Below, one piece after another: positions 40,892 through 51,358 of a stretch of DNA of 64,000 nt. Source of the DNA: an uncultured Myxococcales bacterium. Lineage in GTDB: Bacteria; Myxococcota_A; Polyangia; JAAYKL01. Below the pieces are notes generated by a model that worked only from the letters and a program-made list of their open reading frames with translations, searched no databases and was not told the DNA's origin. The first letter of the stretch is position 1. Every line of letters starts with the position of its first letter. Location: contig CAYWLQ010000008.1 of assembly GCA_964458775.1 (NCBI GenBank), positions 2,895 to 66,894 on the forward strand, in the 5' to 3' direction. The position numbers were made by a program, and so were the translations under genes.

Positions 40892-41803
40892 GTGTCTCCT
40901 TCTATAATTCATGGAGTCTTGCTGATCAATAAACCTGAGGGACCTTCTTCATTTGAAGCAGTTCGACTTGTCAGAAAAGCCGCAGGAATGAGTCGCGTAG
41001 GGCATGCGGGGACATTGGACCCACTTGCAGAGGGACTTTTAACAGTATGTCTTGGAGAAGCCTGCAAATTTGTTCCTTTTTTACAAGATAGTATAAAACG
41101 ATATGAAGTTAATATTGTTCTCGGAGTTGAAACAAATACGTTAGATCGAGAAGGAGAAATAACAAACAAGCAGAAGGTACCGTCTCTTGATAGAGATACT
41201 ATCGAAGAGGCACTCAAACATTTCACCGGTCATATCAGTCAAATACCTCCGGTTTATTCGGCAATAAAAAAAAACGGAGTAAAACTCTACAATCATGCAA
41301 GGAAGGGTGAGCATATTTCTCCTGAGCCCCGTGACGTGGTTATTGAGGCTCTTAAACTGACGGATTTTTCTGAAAACATATTAACTATAACTGTGGACTG
41401 TCGAAAGGGCACGTACATCCGCTCTCTCGCCAGAGATATTGCGATAAGGCTTGGTACGGTCGGAATGGTAGATCGCCTAAAACGTGTTGCCTGTTCCGGG
41501 TTTGAACTATCTTCTGCGTTGTACTTGGATTCTCTCACCAAAGGAGCATCGGTAACGGATTATCTCATTCCAATGGCTGAGGCATTACCCGATATGCCGA
41601 AAGTTATTCTAGATGAAAAAATGGAAGCCGATGTTCGAAACGGAAGAGCTGTTGAAGTTCCAAATTATCCTGAGAATGCTTCACACATAGCAATGCTGTC
41701 GCAGGACAGACGTTTTATTGCGATAGCCGTACCGGCAAACACTCTCCTTAGGCCGATTAGAGTTATACTGGAAGATAACCAACAGTTTCACAATATGTGT
41801 TAA
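40892..41803 (+). CDS. truB: tRNA pseudouridine-55 synthase TruB
   Basis: GVLLINKPEGPSSF, catalytic Asp motif HAGTLDPLAEGLL; 303 aa. Confidence 0.9.
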   Translation: MSPSIIHGVLLINKPEGPSSFEAVRLVRKAAGMSRVGHAGTLDPLAEGLLTVCLGEACKFVPFLQDSIKRYEVNIVLGVETNTLDREGEITNKQKVPSLDRDTIEEALKHFTGHISQIPPVYSAIKKNGVKLYNHARKGEHISPEPRDVVIEALKLTDFSENILTITVDCRKGTYIRSLARDIAIRLGTVGMVDRLKRVACSGFELSSALYLDSLTKGASVTDYLIPMAEALPDMPKVILDEKMEADVRNGRAVEVPNYPENASHIAMLSQDRRFIAIAVPANTLLRPIRVILEDNQQFHNMC

Positions 41804-41924
41804 CGACACATATACAAAAGAAACATCTGTCAATTTCGACGTTTGTAGAGATATATTACCATATCTATACTAAAGTGACTGCAGATAGGGTAATATAAGT
41901 AAATTTATTTAGGGAGGCTTGCCA

Positions 41925-44504
41925 ATGGGTAATGTTCGAAAAAATAGTTCTCGTTGGAGCGAAACAGAAAAATCAGAATGCAGTCGAAGAGTTTATCCCC
42001 TATGGAAACTCAAAGCAGGGGCTGGTTTGCGGCATGGAATTAACCGCTGCTCTGCATTAATTCCTATAATTTGCTGCATTTTTGCCTCCTATGCTTCTGC
42101 CCAATCTTATCCTAAGGGAGAGGTGACTATTCCGTTGGACGAATGGGATTCGGTTGCAGCCGAGCTCAGAGTGGACCCCCTCATAGGGGCGGCACCAATT
42201 TCGGTCGCACATATTGACCGTCGCATTGAGGGGCGATTTCAAAAAGGGCTGTTTCGCGGCACGATGATTGATCGGTTTGAAGTCCAAGACGCAAGCGGTT
42301 ATGTGCAGGTTCCTCTTCTTGATGGAAGTGTTTCATTAGGTGCAGTGTCTATTTCAGGTAAAGGAACTTCGCTATTTAAAGAAAATGAAATGTATACACT
42401 GGGTGTGGAGCAACCGGGAATCTATGAGGTGAAAGCGGAGTTCTTTTGGGGGCAGGACAATGATCGTTTTGCACGAGGGCTCAGATTTCGTCTTCCTGAA
42501 GGCTCCGTCACTGCTCTTTCGGCATGGGTTCCCGAAACGGATATCGAGCCTGTGCTTTCATCCGGCGTTATTACCAAAACTGAAATGCGGGGCAAGGAAA
42601 CTTTGGTGGAGGGAAGACTTGATTCCTCCGGAATTGTGGATCTGTCGTGGACTCGTAAGGTAACACATCGCGCTGATAGGGAGGTTTCTCTGGAGGCAGC
42701 GTTGAGCACTGTGTTCACATTTCAAGAAGCTACGGTTACAGGCGTATCAGTATTTAATTATTTGGTAAAGGACGGTGAAACCGATTTTGTGGAACTCTCT
42801 CTTCCTGAGGGCGTCGAAGTGGTCAAGGTTGAAGGCGATTCAGTGCTTCAGTGGGCACAGGAATCCAAGGCAGACGGTCGTCTCACTGTCTTGCTTCGCC
42901 ATTTAGTTTCTGATGCGGTGCGAATTTATGTTTATTTTCAAATGCCGCTTGATATTGAGAAACCTGTCTTACTGAAGATGCCTCTTCCTAAAAAATTGAT
43001 ACCGTTCACCGCTTACGCCGGTGTCCAGGGACCGCTCGGTTTCAAGATCAAAGTAGCCGACATGACCTCTGCAATCGATATTCCGTTACAAAACCTACCC
43101 CGCGAGCTGACTGAGCTGACCGATAGTCCGCTGCTGTTCGGATTCAGCTGTACTGCTGTTCCTAACGTTACGGTACAGGTCACCAGGCACGCGCAGATCG
43201 AGCTCACCTTCACGCTCGTTGAGGAAATTCAAGCATCCACCGTGCAAATGGCCGACGGAATGCGCATTACGAAAATGAGATTTCGTATTCGAAACAATAC
43301 TCGTGAAACGATGCAGGTAACTCTTCCTGACGGTGCGATTTTAACTCATGCATTTCTTGAAGGAAGTGCTGTAAGACCATTTTTGCCTCCTTTTAAAACC
43401 GCATCGCCTAATCGAAAGGTGTTGCTCTTTCCTCTGAGACAGAGCGAACGCCTCGTGGATGGGGAGCAGAGAATTCACATGGTTCGTCCCGGCGAAACCC
43501 TAAGCGACATCGCTAACTTTTACTATTCTAACCCTACTAAAACCGACGGAATTCAAAACGCTAATCCCGGCATCAATCCTCAAAACCTCATTGTCGGTCA
43601 AGCACTGGAAGTCCCTTTAATATCAGCATCCAAGTTCGAGGAAAGCACATTTGTGATCGAGATAGCCTACAAAGAAAAAGTTCGCCCCTTGGGGATGTTT
43701 GGAGAAGTAAAACTCTCATTGCCTGAATTGGACGTCGATGTCATGGAAGCGGTGTGGCATGTATATCTCCCAAACGCCGTTGACCCTTTGTCGGTGACCG
43801 GTAACCTTGTACAGTATTCATCTATCCGATATGATCCTTTTCGCCGTGTTAGAGACTACTTGATGCAGGCAATGTTCATTCGAAACGCCTGGGCAGGAGG
43901 GGACTACCAAAACATTTTAAAGAGTAGAAAAGCAATTTTTCAAAATGAAAACATCGAGCAATCGGTCAATCAAACCGTGCGCAGTGCTTTTCCGCTGGTC
44001 GGTCGACTATATAAATTTAAACGTATCTTGCTTCAAAAAGATATTCCGACTTTATCAATGGTTTATGCGGACCGCATCTTTGCAACTTTTGGAAAGGTCT
44101 CCGCACTCATAATCGGTTTTGTTCTGACCCTGCTTATGGTTAAACGGAGTCGAGATTGGAAAGTGTTTGCATTATCAATAGTAGTGCTCGGCGTAACACT
44201 GGTCATCGCCCATTATTTTCTTGGCATGCATAGGCGACTCCTATGGGGGGCAGATTTGGCGCTTCTTTTTATGCTTATTACAAACCGAGGCGCTTACGTC
44301 TTTGAAAAAATAAGAGAACATTTGTTTTCGCCGTGGCAAATTATTCCTATGTTGACGCTCAGAAATCTCTTTCGATTAATCGGTCTGCTGTTCATTTTGG
44401 CAGTCACACTTCTCTTTCCGCTCCTTTTATCTGCTGTTCTGTTTATTGTGCTTTTACGGAAATTGCGAAGAGAGAGCTGCGGACAGGAGGTGACCAATGG
44501 ATAG
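41925..44504 (+). CDS. Large envelope protein, N-terminal signal, internal LysM domain, C-terminal 4-TM anchor (paralog A)
   Basis: Start set at ATG 41925 with AGGGAGG RBS 7 nt upstream; LysM (HMVRPGETLSDIANFYYS...LIVGQALEVP); four hydrophobic helices in last ~150 aa. Confidence 0.6.
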   Translation: MGNVRKNSSRWSETEKSECSRRVYPLWKLKAGAGLRHGINRCSALIPIICCIFASYASAQSYPKGEVTIPLDEWDSVAAELRVDPLIGAAPISVAHIDRRIEGRFQKGLFRGTMIDRFEVQDASGYVQVPLLDGSVSLGAVSISGKGTSLFKENEMYTLGVEQPGIYEVKAEFFWGQDNDRFARGLRFRLPEGSVTALSAWVPETDIEPVLSSGVITKTEMRGKETLVEGRLDSSGIVDLSWTRKVTHRADREVSLEAALSTVFTFQEATVTGVSVFNYLVKDGETDFVELSLPEGVEVVKVEGDSVLQWAQESKADGRLTVLLRHLVSDAVRIYVYFQMPLDIEKPVLLKMPLPKKLIPFTAYAGVQGPLGFKIKVADMTSAIDIPLQNLPRELTELTDSPLLFGFSCTAVPNVTVQVTRHAQIELTFTLVEEIQASTVQMADGMRITKMRFRIRNNTRETMQVTLPDGAILTHAFLEGSAVRPFLPPFKTASPNRKVLLFPLRQSERLVDGEQRIHMVRPGETLSDIANFYYSNPTKTDGIQNANPGINPQNLIVGQALEVPLISASKFEESTFVIEIAYKEKVRPLGMFGEVKLSLPELDVDVMEAVWHVYLPNAVDPLSVTGNLVQYSSIRYDPFRRVRDYLMQAMFIRNAWAGGDYQNILKSRKAIFQNENIEQSVNQTVRSAFPLVGRLYKFKRILLQKDIPTLSMVYADRIFATFGKVSALIIGFVLTLLMVKRSRDWKVFALSIVVLGVTLVIAHYFLGMHRRLLWGADLALLFMLITNRGAYVFEKIREHLFSPWQIIPMLTLRNLFRLIGLLFILAVTLLFPLLLSAVLFIVLLRKLRRESCGQEVTNG

Positions 44505-46980
44505 AAGAACCGGCTTTGTCCTAGGTATTGCTTCATTCTTCGTAACCTTTGCAGCCATCGCTCAAGAGGAATCCTTTGTTTCCCCTACCCAGAGTGCAGA
44601 GGAGAGCGCTGCTAGAAGACAAAATGCGGAGAACAGTTTTCAAAACATCATTGCTCCGCAGAATATGGAATATGACAGAGCTCTTAGATCAAAACCGAAA
44701 ATGCCCCAGTCAATGAATGCCGGTCAGTGGGAATCAGCACATGCAGAAACGGCGGACGGTCTCCACATAAGTGACCTCAAGGCACCGTCGTCAGTTGTCG
44801 GAACACTCTCCACAGTCAATGGAAACAATGAACGCAAGGTAACGATGTCTTTAGAGGCATATCAACAACTGCAAGACAGGTTGAATGCACAAAGGGAGCG
44901 GAATGTGTTACGCGAAGGACCTGCCGTGATTTTAGGTGCTTCGGAATACACCGGAAAAGCTCTTTCAAAAGCGCTCTCATTAAACCTAAAGTTAAAAATC
45001 ATACTTGGGGCAGGTGATAAGTGGAAGACAGTTCCGCTTATCGGTGAAGACGTGATCCTCGTCAGCGCAAAGGTGAACAATAATCCCATCTCAATAACCA
45101 AGCAGAACGGGTTTCTGGTGTGGACCACTCAGAAGACAGGGGAAATAACAGTGGATCTTGACTTGCTCGTTCCTTCGCGCGGACCCAAGGGTTCTATTGA
45201 ATATGACTTTTTCGCACCGAAGACGCCTGTGACACGTTTTTCGTGTTTCTTTCCTGTCGCCGGTCTTGAACCCCAAATCGCAGACGCACAGCAATCTGCG
45301 GTTACAGAAAAGGATGGGGGAACATTTGTTGAGGCGGTACTCCGACCTACTTCGAGAATTCACTTTGTTGGCTATAAAGACATCAAATCCGATGAGGAAA
45401 CTCAAGCCGGCCTGTTCACTGAAACCATGAATCTTGTCTCCATAGAGGAAGGGTCAATCGACCTGTTTTCGGTCTTTCGCTACACCATTCTGTATGCAGG
45501 AGCCAAAGAGTTCATTATCGAAATTCCGACGGACATGACAGTTGTATCCGCAGAAGGTGAAAGCGCTTTTAGCTTTGAGCTGGAGGAAGAGGGAAACAAA
45601 AGGCTGATGCGCGGAGAAACGGCTTTTCCTATTCGTAATAACTTTGAAATATCGCTCAGACTGAAAAAGAACCGAAAACCGGAAGAGACCGTTGACATTC
45701 CCCTGCCCCGCGCAATCAACGCCGAACGGGAACACGGATGGATCGCTGTTGAGGTTCCTGGGAAGCTTCAGATTGAAGAGAAAAGTAAGGAAGAGGTTAC
45801 CTCTCTTGATGTAAGGCAATTACCGGAAGAGATGGTGCGAAGCGCAGTCAGTTCTATTGTAAAAGCATATCGATTCCATACTCCAAAGGCTAGAGTTACG
45901 TTGACTGCGAAGAAACTGCCGGAAGAAGAGCCGATGTCTGATTCGGTGGATCGAATCCGAGTGTTTTCGATTATCTCTAAAGACGGCAAAATGATGACTG
46001 ATATGCGAATCCGGATGCGAAACCGACTTCGTCCCACACTTTCATTAAAGCTGAAACCGGGACAGAAACTGCTCTCCGCCCATCTCGACGGTGAAGCGGT
46101 TCGGCCTAGTCAAGAAGGAGATAACAACATTATCCTTCCTCTAAAACGGTCTGATGGAGATGACAGTCCGGCACCTTTCACCCTTCAAATTGTCATGGAA
46201 GGAAAGGTTTCTTCTTTGGGATTGTTCGGCAAGGAGAAACTCGATCTTCCCTCTGTAGAATTACCGGTGTCATCCGTTGAATGGACTGTTTTCCTTCCAT
46301 CGGATCGTGTTTATTCTGAATTAAAGAGCGAATGGGAAACGGAAGTTTCCGTCAGGGAATCAGTTTGGTATGCGCCGCCCTTTTCAGTTGCCCCTCTTCG
46401 GACTTTTAGAAGTGCAGACAACACAGCTGAAGGCACGGGGGGACATGCATCCGACAACACCGGTGTGGTTGCTGTCAGGATTGAGCTTCCCAAAACAGGA
46501 ACCAGGCTCAATTATGCCGGATATTGGGTAGACGGGCATCAGACAGTTTCTGTTTATTTCATGTACGCAAAAAGTTATCTGTTGATTCCGGCAGGGATCA
46601 TCTTCATGCTCATCACAGCTTTAGGCGCAGTACTGCTCATCGTCGGCTGGAAAGATAACAAAATCTCCCGCATTTTCGGATTGGTAGTGTTGGCAGCTGC
46701 CTATATGCTGACTGTTAAGACGATCGGCTTGTTAGGCTTGTTCGGTGCGCTCATTCTTGCAACTGCACTCGTTTTCCATCGTCAAAAATGGTTTTCTCGA
46801 CTCAAGAGATGGACCTCAGATTGGGCTGCTACAATAGGTTCTCGATTCAAAGATCGCAACAAGGATGAAACCAGGCTCCGTGCAACACGAATTGTCATAG
46901 CCGGGCTTATGGTTATCGTCTTATTTATTCTTCTCGGTGTCGGAGTTAGCGTCATTGAGCTGCTGTTCTCACCGCTGTAG
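44497..46980 (+). CDS. Large envelope protein, signal peptide, C-terminal multi-TM anchor (paralog B of 41925-44504, no LysM)
   Basis: Signal MDRRTGFVLGIASFFVTFAAIAQ; shares blocks with upstream gene (GEAVRP...ILPLKRS...KLDLPSVELPV..W.VFLP); 3-4 TM helices at C-terminus; 8-nt overlap with paralog A. Confidence 0.6.
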   Translation: MDRRTGFVLGIASFFVTFAAIAQEESFVSPTQSAEESAARRQNAENSFQNIIAPQNMEYDRALRSKPKMPQSMNAGQWESAHAETADGLHISDLKAPSSVVGTLSTVNGNNERKVTMSLEAYQQLQDRLNAQRERNVLREGPAVILGASEYTGKALSKALSLNLKLKIILGAGDKWKTVPLIGEDVILVSAKVNNNPISITKQNGFLVWTTQKTGEITVDLDLLVPSRGPKGSIEYDFFAPKTPVTRFSCFFPVAGLEPQIADAQQSAVTEKDGGTFVEAVLRPTSRIHFVGYKDIKSDEETQAGLFTETMNLVSIEEGSIDLFSVFRYTILYAGAKEFIIEIPTDMTVVSAEGESAFSFELEEEGNKRLMRGETAFPIRNNFEISLRLKKNRKPEETVDIPLPRAINAEREHGWIAVEVPGKLQIEEKSKEEVTSLDVRQLPEEMVRSAVSSIVKAYRFHTPKARVTLTAKKLPEEEPMSDSVDRIRVFSIISKDGKMMTDMRIRMRNRLRPTLSLKLKPGQKLLSAHLDGEAVRPSQEGDNNIILPLKRSDGDDSPAPFTLQIVMEGKVSSLGLFGKEKLDLPSVELPVSSVEWTVFLPSDRVYSELKSEWETEVSVRESVWYAPPFSVAPLRTFRSADNTAEGTGGHASDNTGVVAVRIELPKTGTRLNYAGYWVDGHQTVSVYFMYAKSYLLIPAGIIFMLITALGAVLLIVGWKDNKISRIFGLVVLAAAYMLTVKTIGLLGLFGALILATALVFHRQKWFSRLKRWTSDWAATIGSRFKDRNKDETRLRATRIVIAGLMVIVLFILLGVGVSVIELLFSPL

Positions 46981-47028
46981 TAATGACCGAAGAAAGAACT
47001 GTAGATAATTTTATTAATCCTTATTTTT

Positions 47029-47937
47029 TTATATTCGAGAGAGACTTTTAAAGAAATCCCACATTCCCTGAGGACCAAAGCTGGGCCAGTTGTGTCCGTC
47101 TTGATATACGCACCAGCGTACAGGATAAGCAGCATTGCATTCAGCGTAATCCACACACTCGGCCGGTGAGGACGGAGAAGAAGAGGATAGGTTGCAGCTG
47201 TTGGATTCGCCCCAATGATCCCTGCTGCCTTCTCCGCTTGTGATAGCTACCGTTTCATCATTTTCGCCGTGGGCTATCCAAGCCGCAACTTGTCCGGTAC
47301 ATCCGTTGCCTCCCCATACCATAGGACCTCCGCCGGATACCGGAGCTATGCCTCGCAATATATCGCCTCTTAGACATCCAAGCATATTTGTAAAGAAACC
47401 GCCGGAGCTGTGTCCGGTTGCAAATATTCTTGAGGAGTCAATGCATAGTACAGTCTGCAAATAGGTTAGGAGTTCGTCAAAAAAAGGAACATCAACTTCA
47501 GTATTCCATGCTGTAGGATCTCCGATTGCATCAGGGTGTACTACAATAACTTCATCCCCCATTGCGGAAAGCAAATTGCCGTAAAATGCGCTTCTAAAAA
47601 GCGATCCGCTTGTACCCATCCCGTGAAATCCAAATATTATGGGATAAGGCGTGTCAGGATTGTAGTTACTAGGAACATCCAATACATAGGTTCGCGTTCC
47701 TTGTGACGCTTCGAGACTGTAAGCTCCGTTTGAGGGAGGTACAAGACCGCATCCCGGTGACAAGTCAGCATCTGCGTCGGTATCTGTATCAGAATCCGCA
47801 TCGGTATCAGTGTCAGCATCAGTGCCTTTGTCAGTGTTTGAATCCGTATTTATCAAATCATTATCTTTTTCCCCACCAGAGCACGATGTGCTCAGAAACG
47901 AACACATCAACAGGCTAAATAAAACAAACTGTTTCAT
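47029..47937 (-). CDS. Secreted lipoprotein alpha/beta-hydrolase esterase (PHB-depolymerase/feruloyl-esterase family) with short D-T/D-A repeat linker
   Basis: Lipobox [27 protein letters not shown] linker, nucleophile elbow GHSSGG, HG oxyanion region (FGFHGMG). Confidence 0.7.
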   Translation of the reverse strand: MKQFVLFSLLMCSFLSTSCSGGEKDNDLINTDSNTDKGTDADTDTDADSDTDTDADADLSPGCGLVPPSNGAYSLEASQGTRTYVLDVPSNYNPDTPYPIIFGFHGMGTSGSLFRSAFYGNLLSAMGDEVIVVHPDAIGDPTAWNTEVDVPFFDELLTYLQTVLCIDSSRIFATGHSSGGFFTNMLGCLRGDILRGIAPVSGGGPMVWGGNGCTGQVAAWIAHGENDETVAITSGEGSRDHWGESNSCNLSSSSPSSPAECVDYAECNAAYPVRWCVYQDGHNWPSFGPQGMWDFFKSLSRI

Positions 47938-48041
47938 TACCTTATACCTCCTTGTAAGAGAGAAACTTCTCTAAACATAATAAACTGTAAAAAAGATGTG
48001 TAAAGACGATGATACTATTTGAATATAAATTTGTATTTTAG

Positions 48042-48077
48042 GTGTGGGATTAAGGCAGAGTGTGGGATTAAGGCAGA
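48042..48077. repeat. Perfect 18-bp tandem direct repeat (GTGTGGGATTAAGGCAGA x2) in divergent promoter region
   Basis: Read directly; ~95 bp upstream of phoB-like start and ~105 bp upstream of esterase start. Confidence 0.8.
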
Positions 48078-48170
48078 ATAAACAAATGTTTTTCCAATCG
48101 TGTTACGAAAACTTCACCAAATTGTCACAGTTTTAAGGTACAAATAAATTCGGTAACAAAGGAAAAGTTC

Positions 48171-48863
48171 GTGGTACAAACAATTGCAATAATAGAAGAT
48201 GAACGAGATTTGGCAGATGTTCTGTCATATAATTTAAAACGTGAGGGTTATACTGTGAAAGTTGCCCATACAGGAGAGGCCGGTCTGAAGCTGATAACTG
48301 AAGATCCTGTACCCGATTTGCTTTTGTTAGATTTAATGCTTCCTGACATGCAGGGAACTGAAATATGTAAACGTCTTAGATTGGATAAACGTACTTTACG
48401 ATTGCCTGTAATAATGCTTACAGCAAAAGGCGAAGAGATAGATCGAGTTGTAGGTTTTGAGGTAGGAGCTGATGATTATGTGGTTAAGCCTTTTAGCGTC
48501 AGGGAGCTTTTATTGCGTATTAAGGCTCTGCTCAGACGCTCTGATGATGTTGAAAATTCCGACGGCCATTTAACATTCGGATGCTTAAACATAGATGTCC
48601 CTGCACATAGAGTAACGGTTGAAGAACAAGAAGTACCGCTGACTGCGTTGGAGTTTAGACTTTTGGTTACCTTTTTTGAAAGACGAGGACGAGTTCAGTC
48701 AAGAGAGGTTCTTCTCGAAGATGTTTGGGATATACACGCTGACGTAACTACCAGAACAGTGGATACTCATGTAAAAAGGCTGAGGGAAAAATTGGAAAAG
48801 GCCGGGGCCTACATAGAGACTATTAGAGGTGTCGGATATAGATTTCGTTCTGCATCAGATTAA
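48171..48863 (+). CDS. phoB: OmpR/PhoB-family response regulator
   Basis: Receiver with D in LLLLDLMLP, LTAKGEEIDRVVGFEVGADDYVVKPF highly PhoB-like, winged-helix C-terminus. Confidence 0.75.
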   Translation: MVQTIAIIEDERDLADVLSYNLKREGYTVKVAHTGEAGLKLITEDPVPDLLLLDLMLPDMQGTEICKRLRLDKRTLRLPVIMLTAKGEEIDRVVGFEVGADDYVVKPFSVRELLLRIKALLRRSDDVENSDGHLTFGCLNIDVPAHRVTVEEQEVPLTALEFRLLVTFFERRGRVQSREVLLEDVWDIHADVTTRTVDTHVKRLREKLEKAGAYIETIRGVGYRFRSASD

Positions 48864-48875
48864 TACGGTGATATT

Positions 48876-50627
48876 TTGAAATTTGGAATTCGCGCAAAAC
48901 TCTTTTTGGCTTTTTTTTCTTTCATTTTAACAGCCTTAGGCATAACCGGATTGGTTTTGTCTCATTATATACGAAAAGATATTGTAAATCGGACCGAAAA
49001 CGAACTGTTGAGTTATGTTAAGTCTGCTCGTCTTTTGTTTGAACATACAATTTCAGACCTGAATGAACAGGAAATAATACATCTAGCTGATGAGATCAGC
49101 TCAGCACTTTCTCAGAGAGTTACTATAATCCAAGCAGACGGTAAGGTTGTAGGTGATTCTGACTTAACAGAACAACAGCTGTATTCTGTGGATAATCATG
49201 AAAATAGGGTGGAGGTAAAAGCTGCATTGTTGTCTGAATTTGGAACTGCCACCAGGTACAGCACAACAATCGGCAGTGATCTTATGTATGCGGCGGCTTC
49301 CTTTAAGATTAAAGATGAAGTTTTTGTAATACGTATATCCAAGTCACTCACAGCTGTTTCTGATGCAGTTCACAGTCTGATGCGAATTCTGTTTTTTGCA
49401 TCGGTAATAGGATTGTTTATAGCAGCTCTTATGAGTGTTGTAATTTCTCATTTTTTCTCTCGTCGACTACGTAGTTTGGTTTTTTCTGCCAAGCAGTTGG
49501 TTATAGGTGAAGGTCGGCATCGCATCAAAGATGATGTGCAGGATGAAATCGGAGGTTTGGCAGGCTCACTCAATGCGTTGTCGGATAAATTGGAAGAATA
49601 TGTGGCACAGCTGGCTGAAAAAAGAGATCAGTTTGAAGCTGTCTTGGACGGTATGAGTGAAGCTGTAATTGCTACAGATGAAAAAGGTCAGGTAACCCTT
49701 ATAAATCGAGCAGGTGCCGTGCTTTTGGGTTTAACTGACTGTCCCTCTGGCAGAATGTTATTGGAAACAGTGCGCATTCCGGCGCTATATGAGTTGGTTT
49801 CATCTGTACAAGAACCTCATGGAGCTCACACCAGAGAATTTGATCTCCCCATTGAATCTCCTAGACGAATTCTTGCAAGAGCTACAAGACTTTTAAACGG
49901 AGGAGTTGTTATTGTTTTATTGGATGTAACGGATCTTCGCAAATTGGAGAGAATTAGGCGCGATTTCGTCTCCAATGTTTCTCACGAATTGAGAACACCT
50001 ATAAGTATTATTAAAGCCAATGCCGAAACTCTTAGAGACGGCGCTTTGGCCGACCAAGAAGTTGCTGAGCGTTTTCTGGACGCAATGATAAACAACGCGG
50101 AACGTCTTTCATGTCTAATATCTGACTTGCTTGATATATCTCGCATAGAAGAAGGTAAGTTAGAATTTGTTACTAATCCAGTTTCAATAGAAAAAGTTTT
50201 AAACAGTGCCGCTTCTGCCTTAAAAACCAAAGCATCTGAAAGACAGTTCACAATAGAAATTGAACCGTGTTCTCGAATATTTGTTTTGGCGGATGAGCGG
50301 ACCTTGGAGCAAATACTGTTCAATTTAATAGACAACGCAGTGAAGTATTCGGGAATAGGCGGCAGAGTAGTAATGAGAGCAATAGATAATGAAGATAATG
50401 TACTGATAGAAGTTGAAGACAACGGGCCGGGAATTGATTCCAGATACCGCGATAGACTTTTTGAACGATTTTTTCGAATCGACAAAGGACGATCAAGAGA
50501 CATGGGCGGTACCGGATTGGGTCTTGCAATCGTCAAACACCTCGTCATCGCCATGAAGGGAGAAGTCGGTATGAAACCGGCAAAGCCGAACGGATCAATT
50601 TTTTGGGTATTACTTCCGAAGCCTTAA
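48876..50627 (+). CDS. phoR: Membrane sensor histidine kinase (PhoR-like: TM-HAMP-PAS-HisKA-HATPase)
   Basis: Two TM segments, PAS, H-box SHELRTPISII, N/G boxes (DNAVKYS, GTGLGLAIV). Confidence 0.7.
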   Translation: MKFGIRAKLFLAFFSFILTALGITGLVLSHYIRKDIVNRTENELLSYVKSARLLFEHTISDLNEQEIIHLADEISSALSQRVTIIQADGKVVGDSDLTEQQLYSVDNHENRVEVKAALLSEFGTATRYSTTIGSDLMYAAASFKIKDEVFVIRISKSLTAVSDAVHSLMRILFFASVIGLFIAALMSVVISHFFSRRLRSLVFSAKQLVIGEGRHRIKDDVQDEIGGLAGSLNALSDKLEEYVAQLAEKRDQFEAVLDGMSEAVIATDEKGQVTLINRAGAVLLGLTDCPSGRMLLETVRIPALYELVSSVQEPHGAHTREFDLPIESPRRILARATRLLNGGVVIVLLDVTDLRKLERIRRDFVSNVSHELRTPISIIKANAETLRDGALADQEVAERFLDAMINNAERLSCLISDLLDISRIEEGKLEFVTNPVSIEKVLNSAASALKTKASERQFTIEIEPCSRIFVLADERTLEQILFNLIDNAVKYSGIGGRVVMRAIDNEDNVLIEVEDNGPGIDSRYRDRLFERFFRIDKGRSRDMGGTGLGLAIVKHLVIAMKGEVGMKPAKPNGSIFWVLLPKP

Positions 50628-50641
50628 TAGTAACTTGAAAT

Positions 50642-51220
50642 TTACCAGTTCTCGCCGAGGATTTCGAAATGCGCTTGAGGATGTGCACATGCTGCGCACA
50701 TTGCGGGAGCCTCGGTTCCCTCGTGGAGATATCCGCAGTTTCGACATTTCCATACAGTGGTTGCTTCATCGCGTCTAAATACTTGGCCCTTTTCAATATT
50801 CTCTGCTAGATCTTTATATCGTTTTTCGTGTTGCTTTTCTGCTACTGAAATAGCATCAAATAAGACAGCTACGGCCGTAAAACCTTCTTCTCTGGCTGTT
50901 TTTGCAAAAGACGGATAAAGCTCAGTGTGTTCGTGATTTTCACCGCAAGCGGCGGCTCTCAGATTTTCCAAGGTTGTACCGATAACTCCGGCCGGATATG
51001 CGGCGACTATTTCAACATCGCCTCCTTCAAGAAACTTAAAAAATCTTTTGGCATGCTCTTTCTCATGGTTGGCGGTTTCTTCAAAGATATCTGCAATTTG
51101 CACATAGCCTTCCTTTTTGGCTTGTCCTGCAAAATATGTGTAGCGATTTCTGGCCTGAGATTCGCCTGCAAATGCTGCCAATAAATTTTTTTCGGTTTGG
51201 GTTCCCTTGATACTAGCCAT
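50642..51220 (-). CDS. rbr: Rubrerythrin
   Basis: Ferritin-like di-iron ExxH motifs plus C-terminal rubredoxin-like CxxC...CxxC (CRNCGY...CAAC). Confidence 0.9.
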   Translation of the reverse strand: MASIKGTQTEKNLLAAFAGESQARNRYTYFAGQAKKEGYVQIADIFEETANHEKEHAKRFFKFLEGGDVEIVAAYPAGVIGTTLENLRAAACGENHEHTELYPSFAKTAREEGFTAVAVLFDAISVAEKQHEKRYKDLAENIEKGQVFRRDEATTVWKCRNCGYLHEGTEAPAMCAACAHPQAHFEILGENW

Positions 51221-51358
51221 GGTGTTTTCTCCTTATTGTATTAAAAAGTAAAATTTTTCCGCGCTAGGATAACGCACCTTTTGATAGCGGTCACTTTAGA
51301 ATTCAAATTTTTTTGTAAAATCTTGACGTAAAACAGCTCTTCACGGTACCGAATACAA

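Noticed and set aside
48121-48141. Pho box upstream of the phoB-like gene
   Set aside because: Only one CTGTCAC-like half-site (TTGTCAC). The second half-site at the 11-bp spacing is absent, so this is not called as a Pho box.
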